Shown here: positions 16,592 to 25,825 of the stretch, piece after piece
How positions within the stretch are numbered: position 1 is the stretch's first letter
Layout of the letters: the number at the start of each line of letters is the position of its first letter
IMG/VR virus record: IMGVR_UViG_3300025869_002060
Location: 164,349-228,348 of that record
Reading direction: 5' to 3' (one strand)
Length of the DNA: 64,000 bases
The notes under the pieces: generated by a model
The model's input: the letters and a program-made list of their open reading frames with translations, nothing else
Told to the model about the DNA's origin: nothing
The model's database searches: none
Position numbers and translations under genes: made by a program

Positions 16592-17552
16592 TATCCTGCC
16601 AGTCAGTGTTCATCATAACGTCATAATTGTGATCTAATATCTGTTGAGGCACTTCCGGGTCATGTGTCAGATTGTCTATTAGAGATGCTATACGATCTAC
16701 CCGAGAATACAAATTGGTAATTTTATCATATCCTTCGTCAATGATTCCATCGAATGTTTTAAATCCAAGATAATGTAATACTTGTAAACTAAAAGGATTG
16801 CCAACAATAATAAATGGCATCTTGGCCATTATAGGTTTAGCAATTTTTTCAGTGAAAAATACAAACTCGCTTTGATAATTTGTTTCTGCAACAATACACC
16901 AATTGGTTTTCTTATAAACATCAATTGGAACCACCTGACTTAAACTAACCTGTTCGCCATCATATTCGATATTGTCAATTGTATAACTAACTGGCTGTGG
17001 TTTTCCTTCCCATATAAATTGCGAGTTATCAAGAACTGCTTCATCAATTGTATGTTCTGATTGTATATATGTACTGAGTACCTGTTTATTCTTGTATATA
17101 CATTTGTATATCAAGTCACGGTGCTGTTTTTTACGACCCAACAGGGCATTAAAGTGTACAAGATTATCACCTATAGGAGTTTTATTGTGCAGTTCTTCTA
17201 GTATATGGAGGCGTTTCTTGTAGAAGTGTGTCGTTGTAGCAAACCAATCCATATACGGGTATTGATTTGCTTTTATATTGTGTATGCGACCACTAAGATA
17301 CACATGAGCCTTCTTGGGTAACGTGGATAACCAATCAACTGTAGGAGGATGTAGTTCAGTGCTGAACACTATAACATCTTTTGCTTTTTTAATTAACTTG
17401 TTGGCAGTTTCTACCCATGTAACGTCCCAAGGATAAGGTGTATGTAATAATAACACCGCACCCTTAGGATCGTTAGTTTGTGTAAATGGAATGTTTGCTT
17501 TAGACAGAATATGATTAAAAAAGTAAAAATCTCGATCTAAGCAATATATCAT
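16542..17552 (-). CDS. Glycosyltransferase-like protein with GT10-type motif
   Basis: IVAETN...FFTEKIAKPIMAKMPFIIVG...GFKTFDGIIDEGYD. Confidence 0.55.
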   Translation of the reverse strand: MIYCLDRDFYFFNHILSKANIPFTQTNDPKGAVLLLHTPYPWDVTWVETANKLIKKAKDVIVFSTELHPPTVDWLSTLPKKAHVYLSGRIHNIKANQYPYMDWFATTTHFYKKRLHILEELHNKTPIGDNLVHFNALLGRKKQHRDLIYKCIYKNKQVLSTYIQSEHTIDEAVLDNSQFIWEGKPQPVSYTIDNIEYDGEQVSLSQVVPIDVYKKTNWCIVAETNYQSEFVFFTEKIAKPIMAKMPFIIVGNPFSLQVLHYLGFKTFDGIIDEGYDKITNLYSRVDRIASLIDNLTHDPEVPQQILDHNYDVMMNTDWQDTKSMKTLFEDALAKSD

Positions 17553-17815
17553 TTTTTAGTAAGTTTAAGAACTTGATCTACTAGGTCAGATTTCTTAAGT
17601 CTTCTGTCTAGTTCATGATCCCATTCTTTACGAGCTAGGTCTTCAAGTTGAACTTTTGTAAGTTTGGTCAACGAAGCCTTTGTATGTTTAACTGCCTTCG
17701 AAGCTTTCTTTTCCATTAACGAAAATGAGCCTTCTGCACCAACTACTGTGGCAACTTCTTCGGCCTGCTTCTTTATCTTTGAAGGGCTAAACCAACTCAT
17801 AATTGATTTAAACAT
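17549..17815 (-). CDS. Small basic protein with C-terminal helix-extension-helix-like motif
   Basis: LTKLTKVQLEDLARKE...RRLKKSDLV; GGAG RBS. Confidence 0.7.
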   Translation of the reverse strand: MFKSIMSWFSPSKIKKQAEEVATVVGAEGSFSLMEKKASKAVKHTKASLTKLTKVQLEDLARKEWDHELDRRLKKSDLVDQVLKLTKK

Positions 17816-17842
17816 GTTTAGTCTCCTTTAAGGTTACGATTG

Positions 17843-17850
17843 TATTTATA
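17843..17850 (-). promoter_or_regulatory. T4-type late promoter
   Basis: Exact TATAAATA on the minus strand upstream of 17815. Confidence 0.7.
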
Positions 17851-17872
17851 AGGTAGTTAGAGCTAATCGTAG

Positions 17873-17898
17873 AAAAAGGTGCCCTGGAGCACCTTTTT
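17873..17898. terminator. Rho-independent terminator (bidirectional form) after dctP
   Basis: AAAAAGGTGC-cctgga-GCACCTTTTT perfect 10-bp inverted repeat. Confidence 0.85.
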
Positions 17899-17923
17899 CA
17901 ATTTTAAGATATTGAAACTTAAA

Positions 17924-18892
17924 TTAAGCTTCTTTAATCTTGTTAACTAGTCCGTCTGCGAACATATGATCTAGTGTGTCGTATACACTTTCAGTTTTTG
18001 CACGGAAGTCTTCCATGTCAGCTTGTGAAAGATAAACAACGTCAACATTGTCTGACTCAAGGCGTGCCTTGTTCTTTTCAATGTCTAGTAGAGCTTCGCG
18101 ACGCTCTTCTAAAGCGGCTTCTTGTGCGGCTTCTAGGAAAGCTTCTTTTAGCTCTGCATCAAATGATGCCCAAAGATCCTTATTAATTAACACTGTGGTT
18201 AAGAATAAGCTATGCTCTGTATTAATAACAGCCTTTGCAGTTTTGCTTGGCTGAATTGTTTGCTCAGAACCATATAAACGTGGGTATGTGCTTTCGCCAG
18301 CTACGATACGACCATCTCCGATAGCCGCTCCGATTTCTTCAATTAGAAGATCGCCAACAACGTCACAACCTAAGACTTTGAAAGTTTCTTTGGAAACTTC
18401 AGAGCCGGTACGTACTTTTTCTCCAGCTAGTTCAGAAAGGTTTTCAATTTTCTTACTAGAAGGTAGTACGCGGAAACCACCGGAGTAGGTAAAGCATAAT
18501 GGCTGAGCATTGGTTTTGGATGCAAAGCCGTCACGTAGATTGTCACCAATCTCGCCATCTAGTACGCGAGCAACATGATCGTGATCATTAAACAAGAAAG
18601 GCATGTCTAATGCTAGTAGATCTTTGTGGTACTGGCTACCTAGTGTAGTGGTATAAAGCTGAGTCATTTCTAGCTGACCTTCTTCAAGGTGCTTCATTAA
18701 CTCATAGCGATATTGTGTGTTAACTTGGTCAATATTATGATATTTCTTGGCATACTCGTCGCATGATAGAATTTCAATATTAATTGCGCCATCTGTCTTT
18801 TCACTGATTACTCTAGCGAAACGATTAGCGGCACGAATGAATATCTCAATTGGTTCATGTGCTAGTACCCAACGAAGTGTTCTTTTTTCCAT
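17924..18892 (-). CDS. dctP: TRAP transporter substrate-binding protein-like
   Basis: LDMPFLFNDHDH, YSGGFRVL, LAGEKVRT, NTEHSLF; GGGAG RBS supports start at ATG 18892 (MEKRTLRW). Confidence 0.85.
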   Translation of the reverse strand: MEKRTLRWVLAHEPIEIFIRAANRFARVISEKTDGAINIEILSCDEYAKKYHNIDQVNTQYRYELMKHLEEGQLEMTQLYTTTLGSQYHKDLLALDMPFLFNDHDHVARVLDGEIGDNLRDGFASKTNAQPLCFTYSGGFRVLPSSKKIENLSELAGEKVRTGSEVSKETFKVLGCDVVGDLLIEEIGAAIGDGRIVAGESTYPRLYGSEQTIQPSKTAKAVINTEHSLFLTTVLINKDLWASFDAELKEAFLEAAQEAALEERREALLDIEKNKARLESDNVDVVYLSQADMEDFRAKTESVYDTLDHMFADGLVNKIKEA

Positions 18893-19144
18893 TTTAAATA
18901 TTCTCCCGGGAATGTTAAAGATAAGCAATGTAATAACTCGATTTGGTACCATTGCTATTACTGTGCTTAGTAATATTATTTATGCTAGAAGCAGATTTAG
19001 ATACTTTTTAACTAGTATATTAAAAGGCCTTGTAATGATGGGGATCTGCTCTTTCAACTACATTTATTTATGGATAAAATATCAAAAAAATGTAATTTTT
19101 TTAGGTTTTCAATGATTTCAATAGGTTAGCACCCCATAAAAAGG

Positions 19145-19173
19145 TTGACCTTTTGGGAAAGATGCCGTATACT
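19145..19173 (+). promoter_or_regulatory. Early sigma70-type promoter
   Basis: (GG)TTGACC-17nt-TATACT. Confidence 0.75.
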
Positions 19174-19203
19174 GTATACATAATAAGGAATTAGGAGCAA
19201 GAC

Positions 19204-19548
19204 ATGAAATACCAAATTCACCAAGTGCAACTTACAGACGCTGAAGTAGATAAGATCAACGCCGAAGGGCACGATGCGGTAGAGCGTCATGCAATGAAGT
19301 TGAAGATGTCCTTTAGCGAAGATGCTGGTGGAATTGCTAGCCGCATGTATGGTCAGGGCTTTTATGATCACGTTGCTAACATTACTGCTGATAGCCTCGA
19401 GGGTGTGTTCCATACAGGTAACATGGGTCCTGAGGAGAACATCGAGCGTTTGGCGCAGATGAGCAGTGTTAGCGTTGGTGACTTAGTTATTGCTGAGAAC
19501 GGTGATAAGCATGTAGTTGCTAGTTTTGGTTTTAAGGAGGTATTCTAA
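19204..19548 (+). CDS. Early hypothetical protein
   Basis: GGAG RBS; SSVSVGDLV motif near the C-terminus. Confidence 0.8.
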   Translation: MKYQIHQVQLTDAEVDKINAEGHDAVERHAMKLKMSFSEDAGGIASRMYGQGFYDHVANITADSLEGVFHTGNMGPEENIERLAQMSSVSVGDLVIAENGDKHVVASFGFKEVF

Positions 19549-19549
19549 A

Positions 19550-19723
19550 ATGACTGTATACGAGCTGATTGATTTTCTTCAGGGTGCCAATCCCTTGGCC
19601 GAAGTATTCATTGAGACGTACTCATGCGGTGAAACGTTTCGTGAACCTCTAACTGGCGAATGGTTGGAATTTCACGATATTGATGACAAACGAGCTGTTG
19701 TAATTGACGCGGCCATCAACTAA
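19550..19723 (+). CDS. Early hypothetical protein
   Basis: GGAGG RBS before ATG 19550. Confidence 0.7.
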   Translation: MTVYELIDFLQGANPLAEVFIETYSCGETFREPLTGEWLEFHDIDDKRAVVIDAAIN

Positions 19724-19752
19724 CATCAACGAACACAAATAGAGGATTTGAC

Positions 19753-19908
19753 ATGTATTATTATAATGTTTATGCTGGCACCAAACATATTAATTTAGTT
19801 CGTGCAATTAGCGAACAAGATGCTATTAATCAGGTGTACATGAAGTTTGGTGGTGCTAGTAGATACACAGGATATAGTGCCGATAATTTTGTTGCAATCC
19901 GAGCATAA
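19753..19908 (+). CDS. 51-aa early hypothetical protein (not in ORF track)
   Basis: AGAGG RBS; MYYYNVYAGTKHINLVRAISEQDAINQVYMKFGGASRYTGYSADNFVAIRA. Confidence 0.7.
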   Translation: MYYYNVYAGTKHINLVRAISEQDAINQVYMKFGGASRYTGYSADNFVAIRA

Positions 19909-19913
19909 AAAGG

Positions 19914-19943
19914 TTGACCCTAAGGACCTTTTAGTGTTATAAT
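19914..19943 (+). promoter_or_regulatory. Early sigma70-type promoter
   Basis: (GG)TTGACC-18nt-TATAAT with TGn extension. Confidence 0.75.
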
Positions 19944-19978
19944 AAGTTATAGTTAAACAACTTGAGGTAATTATTAAA

Positions 19979-20227
19979 ATGTCTACATACACCACACAAC
20001 AACAACTTTTTCTGTTCCTAGGCGAGATTACCATTAACCCTAACGTTCCTGCAAGTGTGCAAGAGGACGCCCTAGCGTTACAAGCAAAAATGGGAGATTA
20101 TGCTAGTATGCAACTGCCTTACCACCCCAGCGAGGAGGAATTTGTAGCAGTTTATACTAACACAGCAAAAAAGCACCCCTGTGCTACTCTTAATCCCAAG
20201 CAATACATGTACACACACAAGGATTAA
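19979..20227 (+). CDS. Early hypothetical protein
   Basis: GAGG RBS; 82 aa. Confidence 0.7.
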   Translation: MSTYTTQQQLFLFLGEITINPNVPASVQEDALALQAKMGDYASMQLPYHPSEEEFVAVYTNTAKKHPCATLNPKQYMYTHKD

Positions 20228-20274
20228 AATCCACTTGTTGACTAAATTAATTTGATATTTTGGCAAGAAAATGG

Positions 20275-20303
20275 TTGACATATTACATTTTATCGTGTAC
20301 TAT
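20275..20303 (+). promoter_or_regulatory. Early sigma70-type promoter
   Basis: (GG)TTGACA-17nt-TACTAT. Confidence 0.75.
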
Positions 20304-20356
20304 GTATATATAAGCTAAAAAATTAGCTATTAACAGATAGAAAGGCCCGTGACGCT

Positions 20357-21466
20357 ATGACTACTATTACTACTGAAAGAACTGTTACTGTACGAGACGC
20401 AAAGACTCGTTTACTTCGTTGCTTTAAAAAACAACGTCCTGTATTTTTATGGGGACCTCCGGGTGTTGGCAAATCTGAGGTTGTTAATGACCTTACTACC
20501 GAACTTGGTGGGTTTATGATTGATCTTCGTTTAGGTCAAATGGATCCTACAGATATTCGAGGTATTCCATACTTCAACAAAGAACTTGGTGTAATGGATT
20601 GGGCACCGCCAATTGATCTTCCTACTGAAGAGATGGCCGCTGAGTACCCAATGGTTACTTTGTTCTTAGACGAAATGAACAGTGCCGCACCGGCTGTACA
20701 AGCCGCTGGTTATCAGCTAATTCTTAACAGACGAATTGGCAAGTACAAATTGCCCGACAACGTTGTGATTGTTGCCGCAGGTAACCGTGAAAGTGATAAA
20801 GGTGTTACTTACAGAATGCCTAGCCCACTTGCTAATCGTTTTGTACACCTTGAAGTCCGTCCAGAATTTGAAAGCTGGTTGGAGTGGGCAGTAAACAAGA
20901 AGATCCACAAAGATGTGGTTGGTTACTTGTCTTTTGCTAAATCAGACTTGTTTGATTTTGATCCTAAGAGCCCAAGCAGAGCTTTTGCTACACCACGTAC
21001 CTGGACTTTTATGTCAGATCTTCTTGAAGACGAAGATATTGGTGTTGACGAACTTGCTGACTTAGCATCTGGTACTATTGGTGAAGGGCTCGCTATTAGG
21101 TTCATGGCTCACCGTAAGGTTGCTAAAGATATGCCTAACCCAGAAGATATTCTTTCTGGCAAGGTTAAAACAATGAAGGTTACTGAAGTTTCAGCAATGT
21201 ATGCTTTGGTTACTGGAATGTGCTACGAACTGCAAGAGCAGTTTAAGAAGCCTGAGACCAAAACAGATATGACTGAGTGGCACAAAATGGCTGATAACTT
21301 CCTTCGCTTTATGATGGACAACTTCACTACTGAGTTGGTTGTTATGGGTGCAAAGGTTTCGTTGGCTACTTACAACCTTCCGTTAATTCCTGGAAAGCTC
21401 AAGAACTTTAACGAGTTCCACGAAAGTTATGGCAAGTACATAACGAATGCGAGTGCCAAAAACTAA
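20357..21466 (+). CDS. MoxR-like AAA+ ATPase
   Basis: Walker A GPPGVGKS, Walker B LFLDEMN, VAAGNR, PLANRF. Confidence 0.9.
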   Translation: MTTITTERTVTVRDAKTRLLRCFKKQRPVFLWGPPGVGKSEVVNDLTTELGGFMIDLRLGQMDPTDIRGIPYFNKELGVMDWAPPIDLPTEEMAAEYPMVTLFLDEMNSAAPAVQAAGYQLILNRRIGKYKLPDNVVIVAAGNRESDKGVTYRMPSPLANRFVHLEVRPEFESWLEWAVNKKIHKDVVGYLSFAKSDLFDFDPKSPSRAFATPRTWTFMSDLLEDEDIGVDELADLASGTIGEGLAIRFMAHRKVAKDMPNPEDILSGKVKTMKVTEVSAMYALVTGMCYELQEQFKKPETKTDMTEWHKMADNFLRFMMDNFTTELVVMGAKVSLATYNLPLIPGKLKNFNEFHESYGKYITNASAKN

Positions 21467-21550
21467 CTGAATCGCTGTCACGGGCGGTATGGGGGCAGGT
21501 TTTATCCGTAAGACCCCCACTTTATTACCGTTGATATCGACACTTTTTGG

Positions 21551-21579
21551 TTGACATTTGGTAAAAGATGTTATATAAT
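21551..21579 (+). promoter_or_regulatory. Consensus sigma70 promoter
   Basis: (GG)TTGACA-17nt-TATAAT. Confidence 0.88.
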
Positions 21580-21610
21580 GTATATAACAATTAGGAATTA
21601 GGAGTTTTTT

Positions 21611-22882
21611 ATGTCTCAGGCAAGTTCAACATTAGCAGAAAAATCTAAAGAAAAAACTGTTACAGATCCTGTTGCAGATAATAAAGCCAGAGAGATGCTG
21701 ATTACTGCTCGTGTTGGTTTGTTGCTTAAGGCACCATTCTTTGGTAACATTGCTACTAGAATGGATTTGATTAATGCAGACGATTGGTGCCCGACAGCGG
21801 CAACAGATGGCCGTCGTTTTTATTATAATTCCGCTTTTGTTAATTCACTTCCGTTGCGTCAGCTAGAGTTCTTAGTAGGACACGAAGTATTACATGCGGT
21901 ATATGATCACTGTGGTAGACGTATTGACCGTGATCCTAAGATATGGAATATTGCCGCTGACTATTGTGTGAACTCAGATCTATTAGAACAAAAAGTTGGT
22001 GAACGTATTACTGTGGTGCCAATTTTGTTTGCTCACAAATACGTTGGTTGGGCATGTGAAGGTGTATATGATGACCTTATTGAAAACTCATCTGAAGAGC
22101 AACTAAGCGAATTACTTCAGCAGGTACTTGACGAACACCTTGATGGTGATGATGGTATGGGTTCTGAAACTGATTCAAAGGATGGCAAAGGTCGTCCTAC
22201 AATGTCAGATGCTGAACGTAGACAGATACGTGATGACATTAAAGAGGCTGTTCTTAATGCGGCTGAAACTGTAGATGCTGGTGATTTGCCTAGTGGTGTT
22301 AAACGACTTATTCAAAATATGACTAAGCCAGTTATCCGTTGGCAGGATCTCATTGAGCAACAGATACAGAGTGTTATCCGCAATGATTTTTCATTCTCGA
22401 GAATCAGCCGTAAGGGTTGGCACAACGATGCAATTATGCCAGGTATGATTCCTGGAGAGCAGATTGATGTTTGTATTGCTTTTGATATGAGTGGGTCAAT
22501 TGGAGTAGAAGATGCGAGTGCCTTCCTAAGTGAGGTACAAGGTATTATGGAACAGTACACAGAATACAATATTCGTATTTGGAGTTTTGATACTGCCGTA
22601 TACAATGAGCAGATGTTTACAAGCGACAATATGAGAGATATTACTGAATATGAGCCACAAGGTGGTGGTGGTACCGACTTTATGTGTAACTGGGAATATA
22701 TGAAAGAACAAGGGATTGAACCCAAAAAATTCATTATGTTTACAGATGGTATGCCATGGGATAGTTGGGGTGATGAACACTATTGTGATACAGTATTCAT
22801 TATCAAAGGCAACGAAGATGTACAACCACCATTTGGTATTTGGGCTAGTTACGAAAAAGAAGTTAGTAAACAAGCGGCATAA
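21611..22882 (+). CDS. Zincin metallopeptidase-VWA domain protein (DUF2201-like)
   Basis: TAATDG, HEVLH (HExxH), WNIAADY; MIDAS DMSGS; GGGGTDF. Confidence 0.88.
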   Translation: MSQASSTLAEKSKEKTVTDPVADNKAREMLITARVGLLLKAPFFGNIATRMDLINADDWCPTAATDGRRFYYNSAFVNSLPLRQLEFLVGHEVLHAVYDHCGRRIDRDPKIWNIAADYCVNSDLLEQKVGERITVVPILFAHKYVGWACEGVYDDLIENSSEEQLSELLQQVLDEHLDGDDGMGSETDSKDGKGRPTMSDAERRQIRDDIKEAVLNAAETVDAGDLPSGVKRLIQNMTKPVIRWQDLIEQQIQSVIRNDFSFSRISRKGWHNDAIMPGMIPGEQIDVCIAFDMSGSIGVEDASAFLSEVQGIMEQYTEYNIRIWSFDTAVYNEQMFTSDNMRDITEYEPQGGGGTDFMCNWEYMKEQGIEPKKFIMFTDGMPWDSWGDEHYCDTVFIIKGNEDVQPPFGIWASYEKEVSKQAA

Positions 22883-22887
22883 AACGG

Positions 22888-22916
22888 TTGACTTTTCTTA
22901 AGAACTATCGTATACT
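22888..22916 (+). promoter_or_regulatory. Sigma70-type promoter
   Basis: (GG)TTGACT-17nt-TATACT. Confidence 0.75.
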
Positions 22917-22945
22917 ACAAGTATAATAAGGAATTGGAGAAGCTC

Positions 22946-23803
22946 GTGATTACGAAAACCTTAAAATTAATTGCAGTAGCTGGTTTACTAGCTGGAACTT
23001 CAGCATGTAATTCAGCTACACTTAGTACCGTTTATGAAGGTACTCACAAGGACCTTAGTTATAAGAGTTCACAGGCATATGGAATTGGAAACAGGATTTT
23101 CAAGCCTGCTAATTTTAACGGTGGAGCAGTATTGTTTCTTCCTAGTTGTACTGGTGTACAACATTTTAATTCAACAGACATTAAACGTAACTGGATTGAT
23201 CCGTTATTGGAGCAAGGTTACGTAGTTGCCGTTACTGATTACAACGAAGGTCGTAGTGCAAGCCGTCCTTGGAACTGTGGTAAGAATAAACATCTATCAC
23301 ATGATCGTTTAGTACGTGATGTATACAACGGTGTGCAGGCTCTTGCTGAAGTGCCAGGTGTAAACAAAAATCAAATCTTTACCATTGGAACCAGCCTAGG
23401 TGGACAGATTGGTGCCGCGGCAATTGATGGTCATGTTATTGACAAAGCCGAAAAGCAGGGTCTTGCTACTCCAAGAGCTCATGTAAGTTTGTATGCAGGT
23501 TGTGCTTACCCAAGCCAAACTTATCTTGATAGCAGTATTAAACGTCCGGTACTTTGGATGTCTGGAAGTGATGACGTTGAAGTTGGCGAAGGATGTAGCA
23601 GTTGGTTATATAGTAGTATCACAAAGAAGTTGCCTGAGAGCAAGTTTATTGAGTATGATGCAACTCACTGTTGGGATTGCCAACAACTAAATGGTTTTAG
23701 CAAAAACACTTACTACGGACATCAAGTTTATACATACAACGAAGATGTAACTGCAAAAAGCCAAGACGAAACTTTTAAATTTATTGATAGGTTTATGAAA
23801 TGA
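22946..23803 (+). CDS. Exported alpha/beta hydrolase (dienelactone hydrolase-like), probable lipoprotein
   Basis: Signal with ...GTSAC; nucleophile elbow GTSLGG; DDVEV; ATHCWD; GGAG RBS before GTG 22946. Confidence 0.75.
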   Translation: MITKTLKLIAVAGLLAGTSACNSATLSTVYEGTHKDLSYKSSQAYGIGNRIFKPANFNGGAVLFLPSCTGVQHFNSTDIKRNWIDPLLEQGYVVAVTDYNEGRSASRPWNCGKNKHLSHDRLVRDVYNGVQALAEVPGVNKNQIFTIGTSLGGQIGAAAIDGHVIDKAEKQGLATPRAHVSLYAGCAYPSQTYLDSSIKRPVLWMSGSDDVEVGEGCSSWLYSSITKKLPESKFIEYDATHCWDCQQLNGFSKNTYYGHQVYTYNEDVTAKSQDETFKFIDRFMK

Positions 23804-24114
23804 CAGCAATGGATCCAGAAACAACAAAAGAAGAAATTGATATTGGCCCCAAGTGGGCCAATATTCCTGAAGATTTAGAGAGTGCCATCGAACGAATTAA
23901 AAGACTTGAATGGGTACTTTCTGATCTAAGTCGTAGTGTTGAAATTGCAATAGCAATGGACAGGCCCGAGTTAATGAATGAGTTCATAGTTACTGCAAAC
24001 AAAGAACTTGAAACTAAAATTGATCAGATTCACAATGACGATCAACAGCCTATTAAAATTGTTCGTGTAGTAGACGACGTCAGTGATAAGGAAGAAAAAG
24101 ATGCTAAAGTTTAA
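23800..24114 (+). CDS. Hypothetical coiled-coil protein
   Basis: 104-aa ORF, ATGA-coupled. Confidence 0.7.
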   Translation: MTAMDPETTKEEIDIGPKWANIPEDLESAIERIKRLEWVLSDLSRSVEIAIAMDRPELMNEFIVTANKELETKIDQIHNDDQQPIKIVRVVDDVSDKEEKDAKV

Positions 24115-24397
24115 TGAGCCAAATGCTATTGAAGTACAAGGTCTCAGACGTTTATATCATCTTCCACCGCATTTTGACAGTGTAACATTCAATCTTTATG
24201 TACATGAAAAAGATGTTACAGATTGGATTTATGAAAACTTAAATAGTCGTTTCTATGTTGGACCTTTTGCACAAAAAGATATGCAAAATATTGGATCAAG
24301 AGAGATGACACATATAGCAGGATTTGAAGAAAATAGCGAAGCCAGTTACTTTGCTTTATTGATGGATACGTTCAATAGTTCAAAAATTACGTACTAA
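24101..24397 (+). CDS. Hypothetical protein
   Basis: Start refined to MLKFNE; resembles 6867..7109 in its C-terminal F.E..EA.YFAL pattern. Confidence 0.7.
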   Translation: MLKFNEPNAIEVQGLRRLYHLPPHFDSVTFNLYVHEKDVTDWIYENLNSRFYVGPFAQKDMQNIGSREMTHIAGFEENSEASYFALLMDTFNSSKITY

Positions 24398-24475
24398 CCG
24401 AAATAATATTTGGATACAGTACAAATACACGTTAAATAACAGAGTAGTTTATTCAATTAAAGGAGACTAAAAACT

Positions 24476-24832
24476 ATGAGTGATGAAGTAGAAAACGAAG
24501 TAGTTGAAGCACCAGAGCCAGTAAGTACTGAGCCAACTCCCCCAGGCGACACACCAAGTGCCGCAGGATTAGGCGTTAGTGACTTATTGTTAATGTTGCA
24601 AACTATCCAAGTTATTGCCAGACGCGGTGGTTTTCGTGCCGATGAAATGGCAAATGTAGGCGGACTTCATGACCGTTTACTTAACTTTCTGGAAACTAGC
24701 GGAGCAATCACCAGAGAAGCTCCTAAGACAGAAAGTACACAATCAGAAGGTTCTATCTCAGACGCACCAGCAGAAGGCGATAATATCGCTAGTGAATTAA
24801 GTGGTGACGATGAGGAGCCAGCAGGAGAATAA
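24476..24832 (+). CDS. Acidic hypothetical protein
   Basis: AAGGAG RBS; TTAAATA motif upstream at 24432. Confidence 0.75.
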   Translation: MSDEVENEVVEAPEPVSTEPTPPGDTPSAAGLGVSDLLLMLQTIQVIARRGGFRADEMANVGGLHDRLLNFLETSGAITREAPKTESTQSEGSISDAPAEGDNIASELSGDDEEPAGE

Positions 24833-24834
24833 AA

Positions 24835-25527
24835 ATGGCAGGTTTTACAAAACACGTAGCTCAGCATAATCAACGTAAATGTGTAGTCGCATTTAGACAA
24901 GTACCAGATGAAGCACATATGGCTCTCGTTGTATATACTGATGATTTACCAGCACAAGTACACGATGAATTAATTAAAGCAGTTGATAGCGAGCCGGCTC
25001 AAGCCACTCCAGATCTAGCTGATGTACTTCATCGTACAACTATGTCGGACAATAGAAATTTACTAGATGTTCTACACAACGAACATCGTATTAAAAAGGT
25101 ACCAACTAATCAGGTATTGTTGACTCCTAATGTTTCAACCAAGCAAAGATTAGATGAGGTTAATACATTACTAGCAGATATTAAAGCTGGTAATGAAGCC
25201 GCACAAAAGGCCAAAGCACTAGATGAAAATCAAGGTATGGCCGCTAATCATGCAAGGGCTTATAATAGAGGAAGAGATGTTGGTGAACCGCCAGCACCTA
25301 TGGAGACAGTTGCACCGCCAGTAATTAATGCACCGGATGGTGGAGTATTATCCAATGAGGCAATCGCAACTAATTTACTGGAACAAGCCAAAGCTCATGA
25401 AACCAATGCAAAGGGATTAATGGCTGAAGCAAAGCGATTAAAAGAAGAAGCTAAAGGGCTCAATCCAAATGTCAAAAGTACCACAACCCGCAAAAAGACG
25501 ACGAGGACCAAAAAGCAAACGGCTTAA
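24835..25527 (+). CDS. Hypothetical protein
   Basis: GGAG RBS; 230 aa with coiled-coil and basic tail. Confidence 0.75.
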   Translation: MAGFTKHVAQHNQRKCVVAFRQVPDEAHMALVVYTDDLPAQVHDELIKAVDSEPAQATPDLADVLHRTTMSDNRNLLDVLHNEHRIKKVPTNQVLLTPNVSTKQRLDEVNTLLADIKAGNEAAQKAKALDENQGMAANHARAYNRGRDVGEPPAPMETVAPPVINAPDGGVLSNEAIATNLLEQAKAHETNAKGLMAEAKRLKEEAKGLNPNVKSTTTRKKTTRTKKQTA

Positions 25528-25825
25528 GATTACCAAGAAAGACAAGTGGGAACGAATACTAAACGATGTTGATAAAGCTCAAGTTCCAATCACTTGTTTG
25601 GAGTCGTTAGACGTTAATCTTAAAGACGGGTCTGTAGTAAGAATTGATATTCAGGAATTGCTTGACGAAGGTCAGCTACACCCTGATGAAATTGAGCTAC
25701 AAATTAATACTCGTTTATCCGATATGGAAGATATTATACGAGATGTAGATTTTTATATTAATCTCGACTCAGTTGCAAATAGTGTGCAACCATTAACAGA
25801 TAAAATATTAAAGGATCTTACATGA
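25469..25825 (+). CDS. Hypothetical protein
   Basis: 118 aa, basic N-terminus and acidic body. Confidence 0.7.
   Translation: MSKVPQPAKRRRGPKSKRLKITKKDKWERILNDVDKAQVPITCLESLDVNLKDGSVVRIDIQELLDEGQLHPDEIELQINTRLSDMEDIIRDVDFYINLDSVANSVQPLTDKILKDLT

Noticed and set aside
21490-21530. G-rich/C-rich hairpin between the MoxR and VWA genes
   Set aside because: Imperfect stem (GGTTTTA/TAAGACC with bulged outer pairs) and a weak U-tract; it may be a terminator but support is too low to call
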